Made by a program: the position numbers and the translations under genes. A stretch of 64,000 bases of DNA, from positions 3,826-67,825 of the forward strand of contig DRHS01000058.1 in the NCBI GenBank assembly GCA_011053095.1. Direction: 5' to 3'. Under the pieces are notes generated by a model that had not been told where the DNA came from, did no database searches, and was given only the letters and a program-made list of their open reading frames with translations. Below are positions 48,227-57,018 of this stretch, piece by piece (position 1 is the stretch's first letter; the number at the start of each line of letters is the position of its first letter). The DNA is from Bacteroides sp. (GTDB lineage: Bacteria; Bacteroidota; Bacteroidia; Bacteroidales; SM23-62).

Positions 48227-50073
48227 TATATTTCCTCCAGTAATTCTTTGAATTTTAGTTTCAATTCCGAAATCATAAAGGGTAAACCCTGTACCTTATT
48301 AAACCTCTGGTATTCGAATTGGGGATGTTTCATCGTAATATAGTCCGCAAACTGTCCGAGATTCTGCTCGCAGACCACTCTTTTCTTAAATCCTTTTAAT
48401 ACATCCGCCGTATTTTTCGGCAGGGGTCTGATGTAGTTAAAATGTGCAAGGCTGAGGCTTACACCCTCTTCCTGTAGTTCCTCTACCGCCGTCAGCAGGG
48501 TACCGTATGAGCCTCCCCATCCGATCACAAGCAGGTCTGCATCATTCTTCCCGAGGATCTCCAGTTCAGGAATATAATCAACCACCTTTTCTACTTTGGC
48601 TTCTCTGAGTTCCACCATTACATGATGGTTCAGCGGGTCGTGCGAAATATCACCACTAATGTCCTCCTTCTCCAATCCGCCAACCTTATGCCGCAGACCT
48701 TCCTGTCCCGGCATGGCCCAGAACCTGGCAAGGGATTCAGGATCTCTGTAATATGGCTTATAATCCGGATCGTTTTCTTTTACATAGGGCACCTTTATAT
48801 CAGGCAAATCATTCACATCCGGTATATGCCAGAGTTCAGAACCATTGGCAAGATAACCATCTGTAAGAAGGATCACAGGAGTCATATGTTCGATGGCGAT
48901 CTTGGCTGCCATATACGTATAATGAAAACAATCGGCAGGAGTACTGGCTGCCATTACCACAACCGGACTCTCTCCACTTCTTCCATACAAAGCCTGCATC
49001 AGATCCGCTTGTTCCGTTTTTGTCGGCAGTCCGGTAGAGGGACCGCCTCTTTGTACATTAATAATAACCAGTGGCAACTCGGTCATGACTGCCAGTCCGA
49101 TGGATTCTCCCTTTAATGCCAGACCGGGTCCTGAAGTTGAGGTAGCTGCCAGATGACCGGCATAACTGGCTCCAATCGCAGCAGATATACCGGCAATCTC
49201 ATCCTCGGCCTGAAATGTTTTAACTCCCAGGTGTTTCCTGCTGGCAAGTTCCTGAAGAATCTCCGTTGCTGGAGTTATGGGATAAGAACCCAGAAAAAGA
49301 GGTCTGCCCGAGCGCTCAGAGGCAGCAATAAGTCCCCATGCAGTAGCCTGGTTTCCCGTAATATTTCTAAAAAGCCCTTTCTTCTTCTTAGCTGGATTCA
49401 CCATGAAGGTAGTGGTCATAGCCTCAATAGTCTCTGCATAATTGTAACCTTCACGCAAGACCTTTATATTGGCATCAACAAGCATCTGCTTGTTTTTAAA
49501 CTTCCGTTTCAGGAAATTCTCACCGATCTTTATATCCCTGTTGAACAGCCAATAAAGAAGACCGGCAACAAACTGGTTTTTGGTTTTGTCAGCTGTCTTG
49601 ATATCAAGTCCGAACTCCTTTACCGTCGAACGGGTAAGATGAGTAATAGGTGCCTTTACAACATTGTACCCTTCCAGGCTGCCATCCCCCAGCGGATCCT
49701 CAACATAGCCTGCTTTTTTGTAATGCTTGTTATCAAAATTATCAATATCGATAATTATGGTTGCCCCATCCTTGATCCATCTCATGTTGGCTTTCAAAGC
49801 AGCCGGATTCATAGCAACCAGTACATCCGCCTGGTCTCCGGGTGAGTGCACCTCTTTCTGTCCGATATGTACCTGAAATCCAGAAACACCGGCTATTGTC
49901 CCTCCCGGGGCCCTGATCTCCGATGGATAATCAGGGAATGTTGAAAGGTCATTCCCAATAAAGGCAGAGGTGTCGGAGAATTGCGATCCAGTTAGCTGCA
50001 TCCCGTCACCTGAATCCCCGGCAAACTTCACAACTACTTCATCCAGTTCGATAACTTTAGCATTTTTTGCCAT
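48226..50073 (-). CDS. korA: 2-oxoglutarate:ferredoxin oxidoreductase alpha subunit (fused gamma/alpha-type)
   Basis: 615 aa. N-terminal VKFAGDSGDGMQLTG (gamma-like domain), then the pyrimidine-binding domain GSYPITPATEI and the transketolase-C-like domain. Substrate specificity is inferred from the 2-subunit Kor-type architecture only. Confidence 0.85.
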   Translation of the reverse strand: MAKNAKVIELDEVVVKFAGDSGDGMQLTGSQFSDTSAFIGNDLSTFPDYPSEIRAPGGTIAGVSGFQVHIGQKEVHSPGDQADVLVAMNPAALKANMRWIKDGATIIIDIDNFDNKHYKKAGYVEDPLGDGSLEGYNVVKAPITHLTRSTVKEFGLDIKTADKTKNQFVAGLLYWLFNRDIKIGENFLKRKFKNKQMLVDANIKVLREGYNYAETIEAMTTTFMVNPAKKKKGLFRNITGNQATAWGLIAASERSGRPLFLGSYPITPATEILQELASRKHLGVKTFQAEDEIAGISAAIGASYAGHLAATSTSGPGLALKGESIGLAVMTELPLVIINVQRGGPSTGLPTKTEQADLMQALYGRSGESPVVVMAASTPADCFHYTYMAAKIAIEHMTPVILLTDGYLANGSELWHIPDVNDLPDIKVPYVKENDPDYKPYYRDPESLARFWAMPGQEGLRHKVGGLEKEDISGDISHDPLNHHVMVELREAKVEKVVDYIPELEILGKNDADLLVIGWGGSYGTLLTAVEELQEEGVSLSLAHFNYIRPLPKNTADVLKGFKKRVVCEQNLGQFADYITMKHPQFEYQRFNKVQGLPFMISELKLKFKELLEEI

Positions 50074-50110
50074 ACCCTGTTATAAAATATTTATTGTTAA
50101 GCAGATATAA

Positions 50111-50147
50111 AAATTAATGCATATAATAATTTTATATGCATTTAATT
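50111..50147. promoter_or_regulatory. Imperfect inverted repeat (candidate operator) upstream of korA
   Basis: ATGCATATA (50117-50125) - 7 nt - TATATGCAT (50133-50141) is a perfect 9-bp inverted repeat, with partly matching AT-rich flanks to 50111 and 50147. It sits 38-74 nt upstream of the korA ATG (50073). Confidence 0.3.
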
Positions 50148-50285
50148 GTAATCTATGAATTTCCAACGATTATTCCTTGTAGTATTCATGGTAAAATTAA
50201 GTATTTTCAGACAGGTTGAATGAACATTTATTTATATTCTTCAACATATTGTTACCTGCAGGTGTCTGAATTACTACCTGTAATT

Positions 50286-51101
50286 TCATGTCCAGAAATC
50301 TAGTTTTTCAAGGTGTACCTCTTCTTCAAAGAACATTCTGGAGATCCTATCGAAGAATTCTGTATAATCGGATACGTAAAACTCATGTTTATCAGAGCCA
50401 TTTAGAGGGTTAAGCAGATTCCTTTCCTCTAATATCTTCTTTAAATTGGCTGCAACAAGGTGACCGGAATCAATAATATCAACTTCATGATTAAAGAATT
50501 TCTCGATCTGATTATGGATTATCGGATAATGGGTACATCCCAGGATCATAGTATGTATCCCTGCGAAACGCTTATCCTCAAGGTATGCTTTAATAATTGA
50601 GCTGCTTATTTCATCCTCAATAAATCCTTCTTCGATCATTGGAACCAACAGAGGTGTAGCTTTTGAAATTACATCGGTAGCCGGAGCTCCTCTGGTGATC
50701 TTGTCCTTGTAAGTCCCGCTGTTAATAGTTCCTTTAGTCCCTATCACACCAACTCTTCCACTCCTGCCTCCGGACCACAAATGAGTGACGACGGGATCAA
50801 TCACATTGAGTACTATTGCCCTGTCACCCACATGTTCGGTTACTTCCTTAAAGGCGCTGGCTGAGGCTGTATTACATGCGATCAGAACTGTTTTACAGGA
50901 CTTCTCAAGAAGGAAATCTGATATTTTCCGGGAGTAATAACGAACACTGTCACTCGATTTGTCACCATATGGCAGATGGAAAGTATCGCCAAAATATATG
51001 ATTTTCTCCTGCGGCAGGATATCCTTTATTGCGTGGGCTACTGTTAGTCCCCCGACACCGGAATCAAAAATGCCTATAGGCTGGTCAGCTCTAAGGTTCA
51101 T
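50286..51101 (-). CDS. murI: Glutamate racemase
   Basis: IGIFDSGVGGLTV, IACNTASA and LGCTHYP catalytic-Cys motifs. 271 aa. Confidence 0.95.
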   Translation of the reverse strand: MNLRADQPIGIFDSGVGGLTVAHAIKDILPQEKIIYFGDTFHLPYGDKSSDSVRYYSRKISDFLLEKSCKTVLIACNTASASAFKEVTEHVGDRAIVLNVIDPVVTHLWSGGRSGRVGVIGTKGTINSGTYKDKITRGAPATDVISKATPLLVPMIEEGFIEDEISSSIIKAYLEDKRFAGIHTMILGCTHYPIIHNQIEKFFNHEVDIIDSGHLVAANLKKILEERNLLNPLNGSDKHEFYVSDYTEFFDRISRMFFEEEVHLEKLDFWT

Positions 51102-51107
51102 TAGGTT

Positions 51108-51145
51108 TAAAAAGAAAGACCATCCGCTGGTATGAGGATGGTCTT
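51108..51145 (-). terminator. Strong hairpin + U-tract between skp and murI
   Basis: Perfect 10-bp stem (51116-51125 / 51136-51145; AAGACCATCC / GGATGGTCTT) with a 10-nt loop. On the minus strand it is followed by UCUUUUU (51108-51115). Confidence 0.55.
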
Positions 51146-51165
51146 ATTACTGTTATTTATCGATA

Positions 51166-51678
51166 TTAATTACCAAGTTTTGTCTTCACTAAAGATAAGA
51201 TATCTATACTCTGGTCTGACCAGAAAACGGGATTACCGCTTCCAATATCAAAAATATAGATAAAGCCGTTTTCCTGTGCAACTTCCTTAACAGCATTATT
51301 GGCTTTTTCAAGAATGGGCCTCATCATTTCCTGCTGCTGAGTTTGCAGATCTTGTTGTGCCATCTGTTCGAATTGTCCAACGCGTTGCTGCATATCCTGT
51401 AGATCGGCTTCCTTGGTTTGCTTGATAAGATCTGTCCAGGTCTCTTGATTGTTAATATAATCGTCGTACTTCTTGTTCATCTCAACCCGCATTTCTTCCA
51501 CCTGCTGCTGATAATCTTCCCCAAGTTTTTGAATTTTAGTCTGAGCGGAATCAGATTCGGGCATAGACATTAATAATTCACGTGAATCTATATGTCCGAA
51601 TTTAAGTTCCTGTGCATTTACTGTTAAACCTCCCATGAGTATTACTACTACAAGGAAGAGTTTGATAATGTTTTTCAT
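51166..51678 (-). CDS. OmpH/Skp family periplasmic chaperone
   Basis: 170 aa. Signal peptide, a Gln/Glu-rich coiled-coil core, and position directly downstream of bamA. Confidence 0.85.
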   Translation of the reverse strand: MKNIIKLFLVVVILMGGLTVNAQELKFGHIDSRELLMSMPESDSAQTKIQKLGEDYQQQVEEMRVEMNKKYDDYINNQETWTDLIKQTKEADLQDMQQRVGQFEQMAQQDLQTQQQEMMRPILEKANNAVKEVAQENGFIYIFDIGSGNPVFWSDQSIDILSLVKTKLGN

Positions 51679-51725
51679 GATTTCAATTATTACATATTAG
51701 AATTTGGCGATACAAAAATAATGAA

Positions 51726-52244
51726 TTAATTCTTATAACCGAGTTTTTCAAGCACATCGTCGCTCTTATCGTATTTTGCATTGGTATACAGCATGTTAGC
51801 ACCTGATGCCGTATCGAAAATCACAGCATAATTTCCTTCGGCTGCTATCTCTTTTACTGCTCTGTAAACTTCATCCTGGATTGGCTTGATTAATTCCTGT
51901 CTCTTAGTAAAAAGACTGCCGTCCCGGCCAAAATATTTTTGTTGCAGTTGCTTTACCTCAGTTTCACGGTTTATAATCTCCTCTTCCTTGCGGATTTTCA
52001 TCTCTTCAGTAAGGAGTACTTTCTCAGCCTGAAAATCCTTATACATTTTATCGATTTCTCCATAAGAAGTCTCAATCTCCAGCTGCCAGTCGCTTGCCAG
52101 TTTATCCAGTTGCTCCTGTGCAGCTTTATAAGAGGGTATACGGTTCAGTATGTATTCCGTATCCACAAATGCATATTTCTGTGCCAGTCCTAATCCGGTG
52201 GCAAGAAATAATATCCCTAAGAATGAAATAGTCTTTTTCATCAT
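51726..52244 (-). CDS. OmpH/Skp family periplasmic chaperone (second copy)
   Basis: 172 aa. Signal peptide, KYAFVDTEYIL start and a coiled-coil core. Tandem with the other skp-like gene. Confidence 0.85.
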   Translation of the reverse strand: MMKKTISFLGILFLATGLGLAQKYAFVDTEYILNRIPSYKAAQEQLDKLASDWQLEIETSYGEIDKMYKDFQAEKVLLTEEMKIRKEEEIINRETEVKQLQQKYFGRDGSLFTKRQELIKPIQDEVYRAVKEIAAEGNYAVIFDTASGANMLYTNAKYDKSDDVLEKLGYKN

Positions 52245-52287
52245 TATTAAATTTTCATATTCAACAAACTAAATCTATGAAAACGTT

Positions 52288-54774
52288 CTAAAATTGCTGT
52301 CCAATGGTGAAATGGAACTGGCTCTTGTTAGCATCCGGAAATCCAGGTACGGGATCAAATCCATATGCCCAGTCAATCCCGAGAAGGCCGAACATCGGAA
52401 GGAAGGCCCTCAGGCCAAAACCAGCCGATCTCTTAACAAGAAACGGATTGAACTGATCGATGGTGTACCATGAATTACCCCCTTCAAGAAATCCCAGCAC
52501 ATAAACAGTCGCAGAAGGATTCAGTGTGATGGGATAACGCAATTCCATGTAAAGCCTTGTATAGACATTACCCGATTTTGTTCCATTTACCCTAGGTGTC
52601 AAAGTACCATTTTCATATCCCCTTAAGGCTATAATGTCGTACCCGTAAAGGTTGTATCCCGACATCCCGTCACCCCCAACATCAAATCCTTCGAAGGGCG
52701 ATGGACCCAGATCATCATTGTAATGACCCAGGTAACCAAAGTGGGCTCTTGTAGCTAATACCAAATTTCCTGCCAAACTTGTATACCAGTCTGCTTTAAA
52801 TAGCCATTTATGGTACTCAATCCATTGATATTTCGAGGCTGCGTCCATATTTACATAATCTTTTCCATTGAACATTGAGTAGGGCGGAGTTAGCTGCAGA
52901 CTTATTGAAAAATCGGAACCCCGGCGCGGATAAATCATCTGGTCAATTGATTTTCTTGCCAGGGTTGTATTGAAACTAAGGTTATTTGAGGCCCCGTCAG
53001 TAAACTGGAAGTACCCCGTCCAGTTATCCAGGTTATACTGCTGGAAGCTGATCTCGTTGTAAATTGTAAAAAAGTCATCCGGCCATGTCAGCCTTCTTCC
53101 CAGTCCCACAGAAGCACCTGTGATTCTCATGTTGCTGGAACCCACATCCCAGATCGTATAGGAGTTATTCATGAGGGAATGGAAAACAGAGATGGCGAGA
53201 GAGTTTGGCTTTTTACCCCCAAACCATGGTTCAATGAAGGTGGCATTATAGCTCTGGTAATACTTTCCATTCGACTGGGCACGAAGGCTCAGGGTCTGTC
53301 CATCTCCAGAGGGAATAGGCCGCCATGCCTTAGGATTGAATACTTCACGTGCAGAGAAATTACTGAATCTTAATCCAATGGTTCCCACAAGCATTCCGGC
53401 TCCCCAACCACCTGAAATTTCAAGCTGGTCATTTGCTCTTTCGACAAGTTTGTACTCAATGTCAACCGTTCCGTCAGCAGGATTCGGAATAGGAATAGGT
53501 TCAATTTTTTCAGGGTCGAAATGCCCCAGCTGGGCAAGTTCTCTTACCGTACGGATTATATCTGATTTACTGAACAGTTGTCCGGGTTTGGTCCGTATCT
53601 CACGGCGGATAACATGCTCATTGGTTTTGGTATTTCCGGAAATAATAATATTGTTGATAGTGGCCTGCTTCCCTTCGTAGACCCTCATTTCGAAATCAAT
53701 AGAATCATCCTCAACCCTTATTTCGACCGGATCAACCGAGAAGAAAAGATATCCGTTATCCAGATATAGAGAGCTTACAGCATCTTCATCTATTTCCAAT
53801 CGTTTACTTAAAAGGCTCTGATCAAATACATCTCCCTTGGTTATACCCATGACAGCACCAAGGATGCCGGCCGGATAGATTGTGTTCCCTATCCACTTGA
53901 TGTCACGGAAGTAGTATTTAATCCCTTCCGTTATAAACACCTTCAGCAATAGTCTTTCCTCTTCTTCAATGAAAACCAGAGAATCGCCAAGGATCTTAAA
54001 ATCCCTGTACCCGTTTTCATTATAAAAATCAATCATCGTGGCTTTATCCTCCTTGTAATCGCTACGGATAAATTTTGATGATTTAAAGATGTTCCAGTTA
54101 ACTTTCTTGGTATTCTTCAGAACCCTTCTTAGTTTCTTGTCATCGAACACCTGGTTGCCCTCAAAAATGATATCATCGATTTTTATTCTCTCATTCTTAT
54201 TTACTGTAACAAGGAGCCTTACGCTGTTCGCACGGAGTGTATCCTGCTCCTGGTTTATAGCAACGGTGGTATTGTAAAAGCCTTTCTCAATGAAATGGTC
54301 TTTAATGATCCTTCTTGTATTAATTATAAGGTCTTTTGTAACCTGGCTCCCGGTCCTTACATTGAGAGTCTCCATAAGATCCTGGGTTTCCCCTTTCTTG
54401 AGTCCATCAACAATGAGCCTTGAAAGACGGGGTTGTTCCTTTAAATATATATCCAGCCATATCTTTCCTTCTTCAACTTTTCGCGCTGAAATCTTTGCGT
54501 CGGCAAACAATCCCTGGTCCCAGAATTTTTCAATCGCTTTTGTGATTTCATCTCCCGGTATTTTAATTTTATCTCCGACCTGCATACCGGAAATTGAAAT
54601 CAATACCTGGGGTTGAAGAAATTCTATGCCGGATACGGTAATCTCGGCAATCTCATATTCCCTTGGATTGGCATAGTCTATTACCGGTAGATTATCATAA
54701 TCCAGGTCCTGGGGGAATACCTGTATTGCTCCTGCAAACAGAATTAAAGCTATGAGTAAATATCTCTGAAACAC
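52288..54774 (-). CDS. bamA: Outer membrane protein assembly factor BamA
   Basis: 828 aa. Signal peptide, repeated POTRA-like segments, and a C-terminal Omp85 barrel ending ...FHFTIGQQF. GTG start at 54774. Downstream of uppS, as is typical. Confidence 0.93.
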   Translation of the reverse strand: MFQRYLLIALILFAGAIQVFPQDLDYDNLPVIDYANPREYEIAEITVSGIEFLQPQVLISISGMQVGDKIKIPGDEITKAIEKFWDQGLFADAKISARKVEEGKIWLDIYLKEQPRLSRLIVDGLKKGETQDLMETLNVRTGSQVTKDLIINTRRIIKDHFIEKGFYNTTVAINQEQDTLRANSVRLLVTVNKNERIKIDDIIFEGNQVFDDKKLRRVLKNTKKVNWNIFKSSKFIRSDYKEDKATMIDFYNENGYRDFKILGDSLVFIEEEERLLLKVFITEGIKYYFRDIKWIGNTIYPAGILGAVMGITKGDVFDQSLLSKRLEIDEDAVSSLYLDNGYLFFSVDPVEIRVEDDSIDFEMRVYEGKQATINNIIISGNTKTNEHVIRREIRTKPGQLFSKSDIIRTVRELAQLGHFDPEKIEPIPIPNPADGTVDIEYKLVERANDQLEISGGWGAGMLVGTIGLRFSNFSAREVFNPKAWRPIPSGDGQTLSLRAQSNGKYYQSYNATFIEPWFGGKKPNSLAISVFHSLMNNSYTIWDVGSSNMRITGASVGLGRRLTWPDDFFTIYNEISFQQYNLDNWTGYFQFTDGASNNLSFNTTLARKSIDQMIYPRRGSDFSISLQLTPPYSMFNGKDYVNMDAASKYQWIEYHKWLFKADWYTSLAGNLVLATRAHFGYLGHYNDDLGPSPFEGFDVGGDGMSGYNLYGYDIIALRGYENGTLTPRVNGTKSGNVYTRLYMELRYPITLNPSATVYVLGFLEGGNSWYTIDQFNPFLVKRSAGFGLRAFLPMFGLLGIDWAYGFDPVPGFPDANKSQFHFTIGQQF

Positions 54775-54785
54775 TGATCTTCCCT

Positions 54786-55535
54786 TTATGAAATTACTTG
54801 TTCACTTATTTTTCCAAACCTCCGCTCCCTGTTCTGAAAATTACAAATCGCAGCATAAAGGTCTTCTTTCCTGAAATCCGGCCAGAGAGTATCTGTAAAG
54901 TACAATTCGGCATAGGCAATCTGCCAGAGAAGAAAATTACTAATACGGTATTCCCCACTGGTTCGGATTAAAAGTTCCGGGTCCGGGATATCCTTAGTTT
55001 GCAGGTTATTTGATATCAGATCACAATTTAGATCCCTGGAGGTCAGTTCACCTGATTCAATCTTTTTTGCCAGCGATTTCATCGCATCCAGTAATTCCCA
55101 TCTTGAACTGTAACTAAGGGCAAGCACCAGTCTCATCCCGTCGTTTCCTGAAGTTTTCTCAGTAGTTCTCTGCATTTTGGATCTGACCCTTGATGGGAGG
55201 CTCTCCATATCCCCTATTGTAATAAGACGAATATTGTTGTCCATCAGAGTTTTGGTTTCACTGTCAAGTGTGCTGACAAGCAATGACATCAGGGCGTCAA
55301 TTTCCGTCCTGGGCCTGTTCCAGTTCTCTGTAGAAAAAGCATAGAGTGTAAGAAATGAAATACCAAGTTCAGCTGCAGCTTCTACCGTATCACGTACGGC
55401 TTTCACACCATTCTTATGGCCAAAAATCCTCTCGTTTCCCTTTTTTTTCGCCCACCTTCCATTCCCATCCATAATTATGGCAATATGCTTTGGCAGTTTG
55501 TTGCGATCGACCTGCTCTTTATTTGAAGTTCCCAT
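54786..55535 (-). CDS. uppS: Undecaprenyl diphosphate synthase (isoprenyl transferase)
   Basis: HIAIIMDGNGRWA, FSTENWNRP, IRTSGE.R.SNFLLWQ.AY.E motifs. Confidence 0.95.
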   Translation of the reverse strand: MGTSNKEQVDRNKLPKHIAIIMDGNGRWAKKKGNERIFGHKNGVKAVRDTVEAAAELGISFLTLYAFSTENWNRPRTEIDALMSLLVSTLDSETKTLMDNNIRLITIGDMESLPSRVRSKMQRTTEKTSGNDGMRLVLALSYSSRWELLDAMKSLAKKIESGELTSRDLNCDLISNNLQTKDIPDPELLIRTSGEYRISNFLLWQIAYAELYFTDTLWPDFRKEDLYAAICNFQNRERRFGKISEQVIS

Positions 55536-55549
55536 ATCTTACTACCTGT

Positions 55550-56308
55550 CTATTCATATGCTGCGCAATCGATTCCCCAGTCAAAAATCTTATAGGTAAC
55601 AAATATTCCAACTATGGAATACCAGTCTTTATTGTGAAAGAATACATTATTTTCATAACCAATATTCTGCACACCATCCAGTTCATCACTGAATGTCTTG
55701 TGAAAAGACCACTCAATGCCTCCACTCATCCGTGTCGTAATATTGTATTTAAAGCCACCAGCAAAGTTTATACCTGGTGAATATCCCCCACTGAACAAAA
55801 TAGTATAGCTGATTCCTCCTGAGACATAGGGGGTATATCTTTCCTTTCTCAGTTTTGCAGCCTTATAGGGCATGAAATTAAACTCGGTACTTATTCCCAC
55901 ATCTACCAATCCGGTTTTAAATGCCAGACCGGGGGAACCAGGAAAGGGCTGGTCAAAATCGGCAGGATCTCCCTTCAGAGTTGCATAAACGGCATTGAAC
56001 CGTATGGAGTTACGGGGATTAAAATTATACCGGAAAATAAATCCCCCGGCAGGGGAAAGGGAATTAAAATGTATTGTATGGTTCACATCACCAAGGTAAT
56101 AGGCAGTGCCCCCGATAAGACCAATATCGGATTTTCTTTGTGCTGAAGACAATTTGGTACCGAAAAACAAAAGAAGGAAAATAAACAGGGGGTAAAGCGA
56201 AATTCTAACGGAATCCCCTCTGCCTCCCTGGGAATAGGATTGGGAATCCCTCCCTTGAAGTCCTGATTCTGTATATCCCGTGTATATTTCCAAAATAGTA
56301 TAGGTCAT
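55550..56308 (-). CDS. Outer-membrane beta-barrel protein (DUF6089-like), paralog 2; start codon uncertain
   Basis: Signal-like LYPLFIFLLLFFGTKLSSAQ, alternating beta-strand pattern, aromatic-rich C-terminus. No ATG/GTG/TTG lies just upstream of the signal peptide. The nearest in-frame ATGs (56308, 56338) add 35-45 residues and overlap the upstream gene. Confidence 0.55.
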   Translation of the reverse strand: MTYTILEIYTGYTESGLQGRDSQSYSQGGRGDSVRISLYPLFIFLLLFFGTKLSSAQRKSDIGLIGGTAYYLGDVNHTIHFNSLSPAGGFIFRYNFNPRNSIRFNAVYATLKGDPADFDQPFPGSPGLAFKTGLVDVGISTEFNFMPYKAAKLRKERYTPYVSGGISYTILFSGGYSPGINFAGGFKYNITTRMSGGIEWSFHKTFSDELDGVQNIGYENNVFFHNKDWYSIVGIFVTYKIFDWGIDCAAYE

Positions 56309-56987
56309 TCGCCTTTGAAAACTGCGATGTATATCCATCTAAATAATCCGTTGTGGTCCACCGCACACCAAATTCGGCTCCGACAGACCACTTCTGACTA
56401 ATAATGTATTTCAATCCAACTCCCGCAGGAAAAACAATCCCAAATGTTGAATGGTTGGGATCGTAATTGGGAGAAGCCTGCATTGCCTCGTTCACCTTGG
56501 GATTAAAAAAAACACCCCCGATTCCGGCATACAAATATACGTTGATTTGGGAATAATTATTCATCATTCCCTTTTTATTGAATATTGCACTCGATCTGCG
56601 CCTTTGTTCTTCAGAAATCAGGGAGTATTCGGCCTGGAAACTGGGCTCAAATATAGAGGTGGAAAATTTGAATCCCCTGTCGTTGTTCTTACCCCCTTCA
56701 TCATCCCCGGCAATAAATCCGTACATCAGGTTCATTTTTACCGCAACATTGGGCATGATCTTATACCTTACTCCTAAATATAACGAAGGACGGGTGCTTT
56801 TTAGTGAGATGTCTTTCAGTCCGAACAAATTATCACTGCTGGCAGAACCCCCGATATCACCAAAATAGTTACAAAAACCAACTCCGAACAAACCTTCATA
56901 CCGTCTTAACTTCCATTTTTGTGCCTCGCTGTTTTGCGGGAGACAAAAAAAGAGCAGGATCAGATATGGTAGTATTCGCCTTGCCAT
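56205..56987 (-). CDS. Outer-membrane beta-barrel protein (DUF6089-like), paralog 1
   Basis: I chose the start at the ATG at 56987 (MARRILPYLILLFFCLPQNSEAQ signal peptide), which avoids overlap with nadK. Barrel-type alternating pattern, similar to paralog 2 (GGVFFNP / GGFIFRYNFNP, W.VGAEFG.RWT / GGIEWSFHKT). Confidence 0.65.
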   Translation of the reverse strand: MARRILPYLILLFFCLPQNSEAQKWKLRRYEGLFGVGFCNYFGDIGGSASSDNLFGLKDISLKSTRPSLYLGVRYKIMPNVAVKMNLMYGFIAGDDEGGKNNDRGFKFSTSIFEPSFQAEYSLISEEQRRRSSAIFNKKGMMNNYSQINVYLYAGIGGVFFNPKVNEAMQASPNYDPNHSTFGIVFPAGVGLKYIISQKWSVGAEFGVRWTTTDYLDGYTSQFSKANDLYYFGNIHGIYRIRTSREGFPILFPGRQRGFR

Positions 56988-57018
56988 CACTCGGCTTAAT
57001 ATTAACAAATGTAAAAAA

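Noticed and set aside
49153-49845. 230-aa plus-strand ORF, along with similar ORFs at 48622-49116, 21013-21408, 39755-40255, 24742-25167 and 45082-45477
   Set aside because: All lie antisense inside strongly supported genes (korA, E1, gdhA, nqrE, PPDK_N paralog A). Their composition is low-complexity and Ser/Arg/Leu-rich, with no recognisable motifs. They are typical shadow ORFs.
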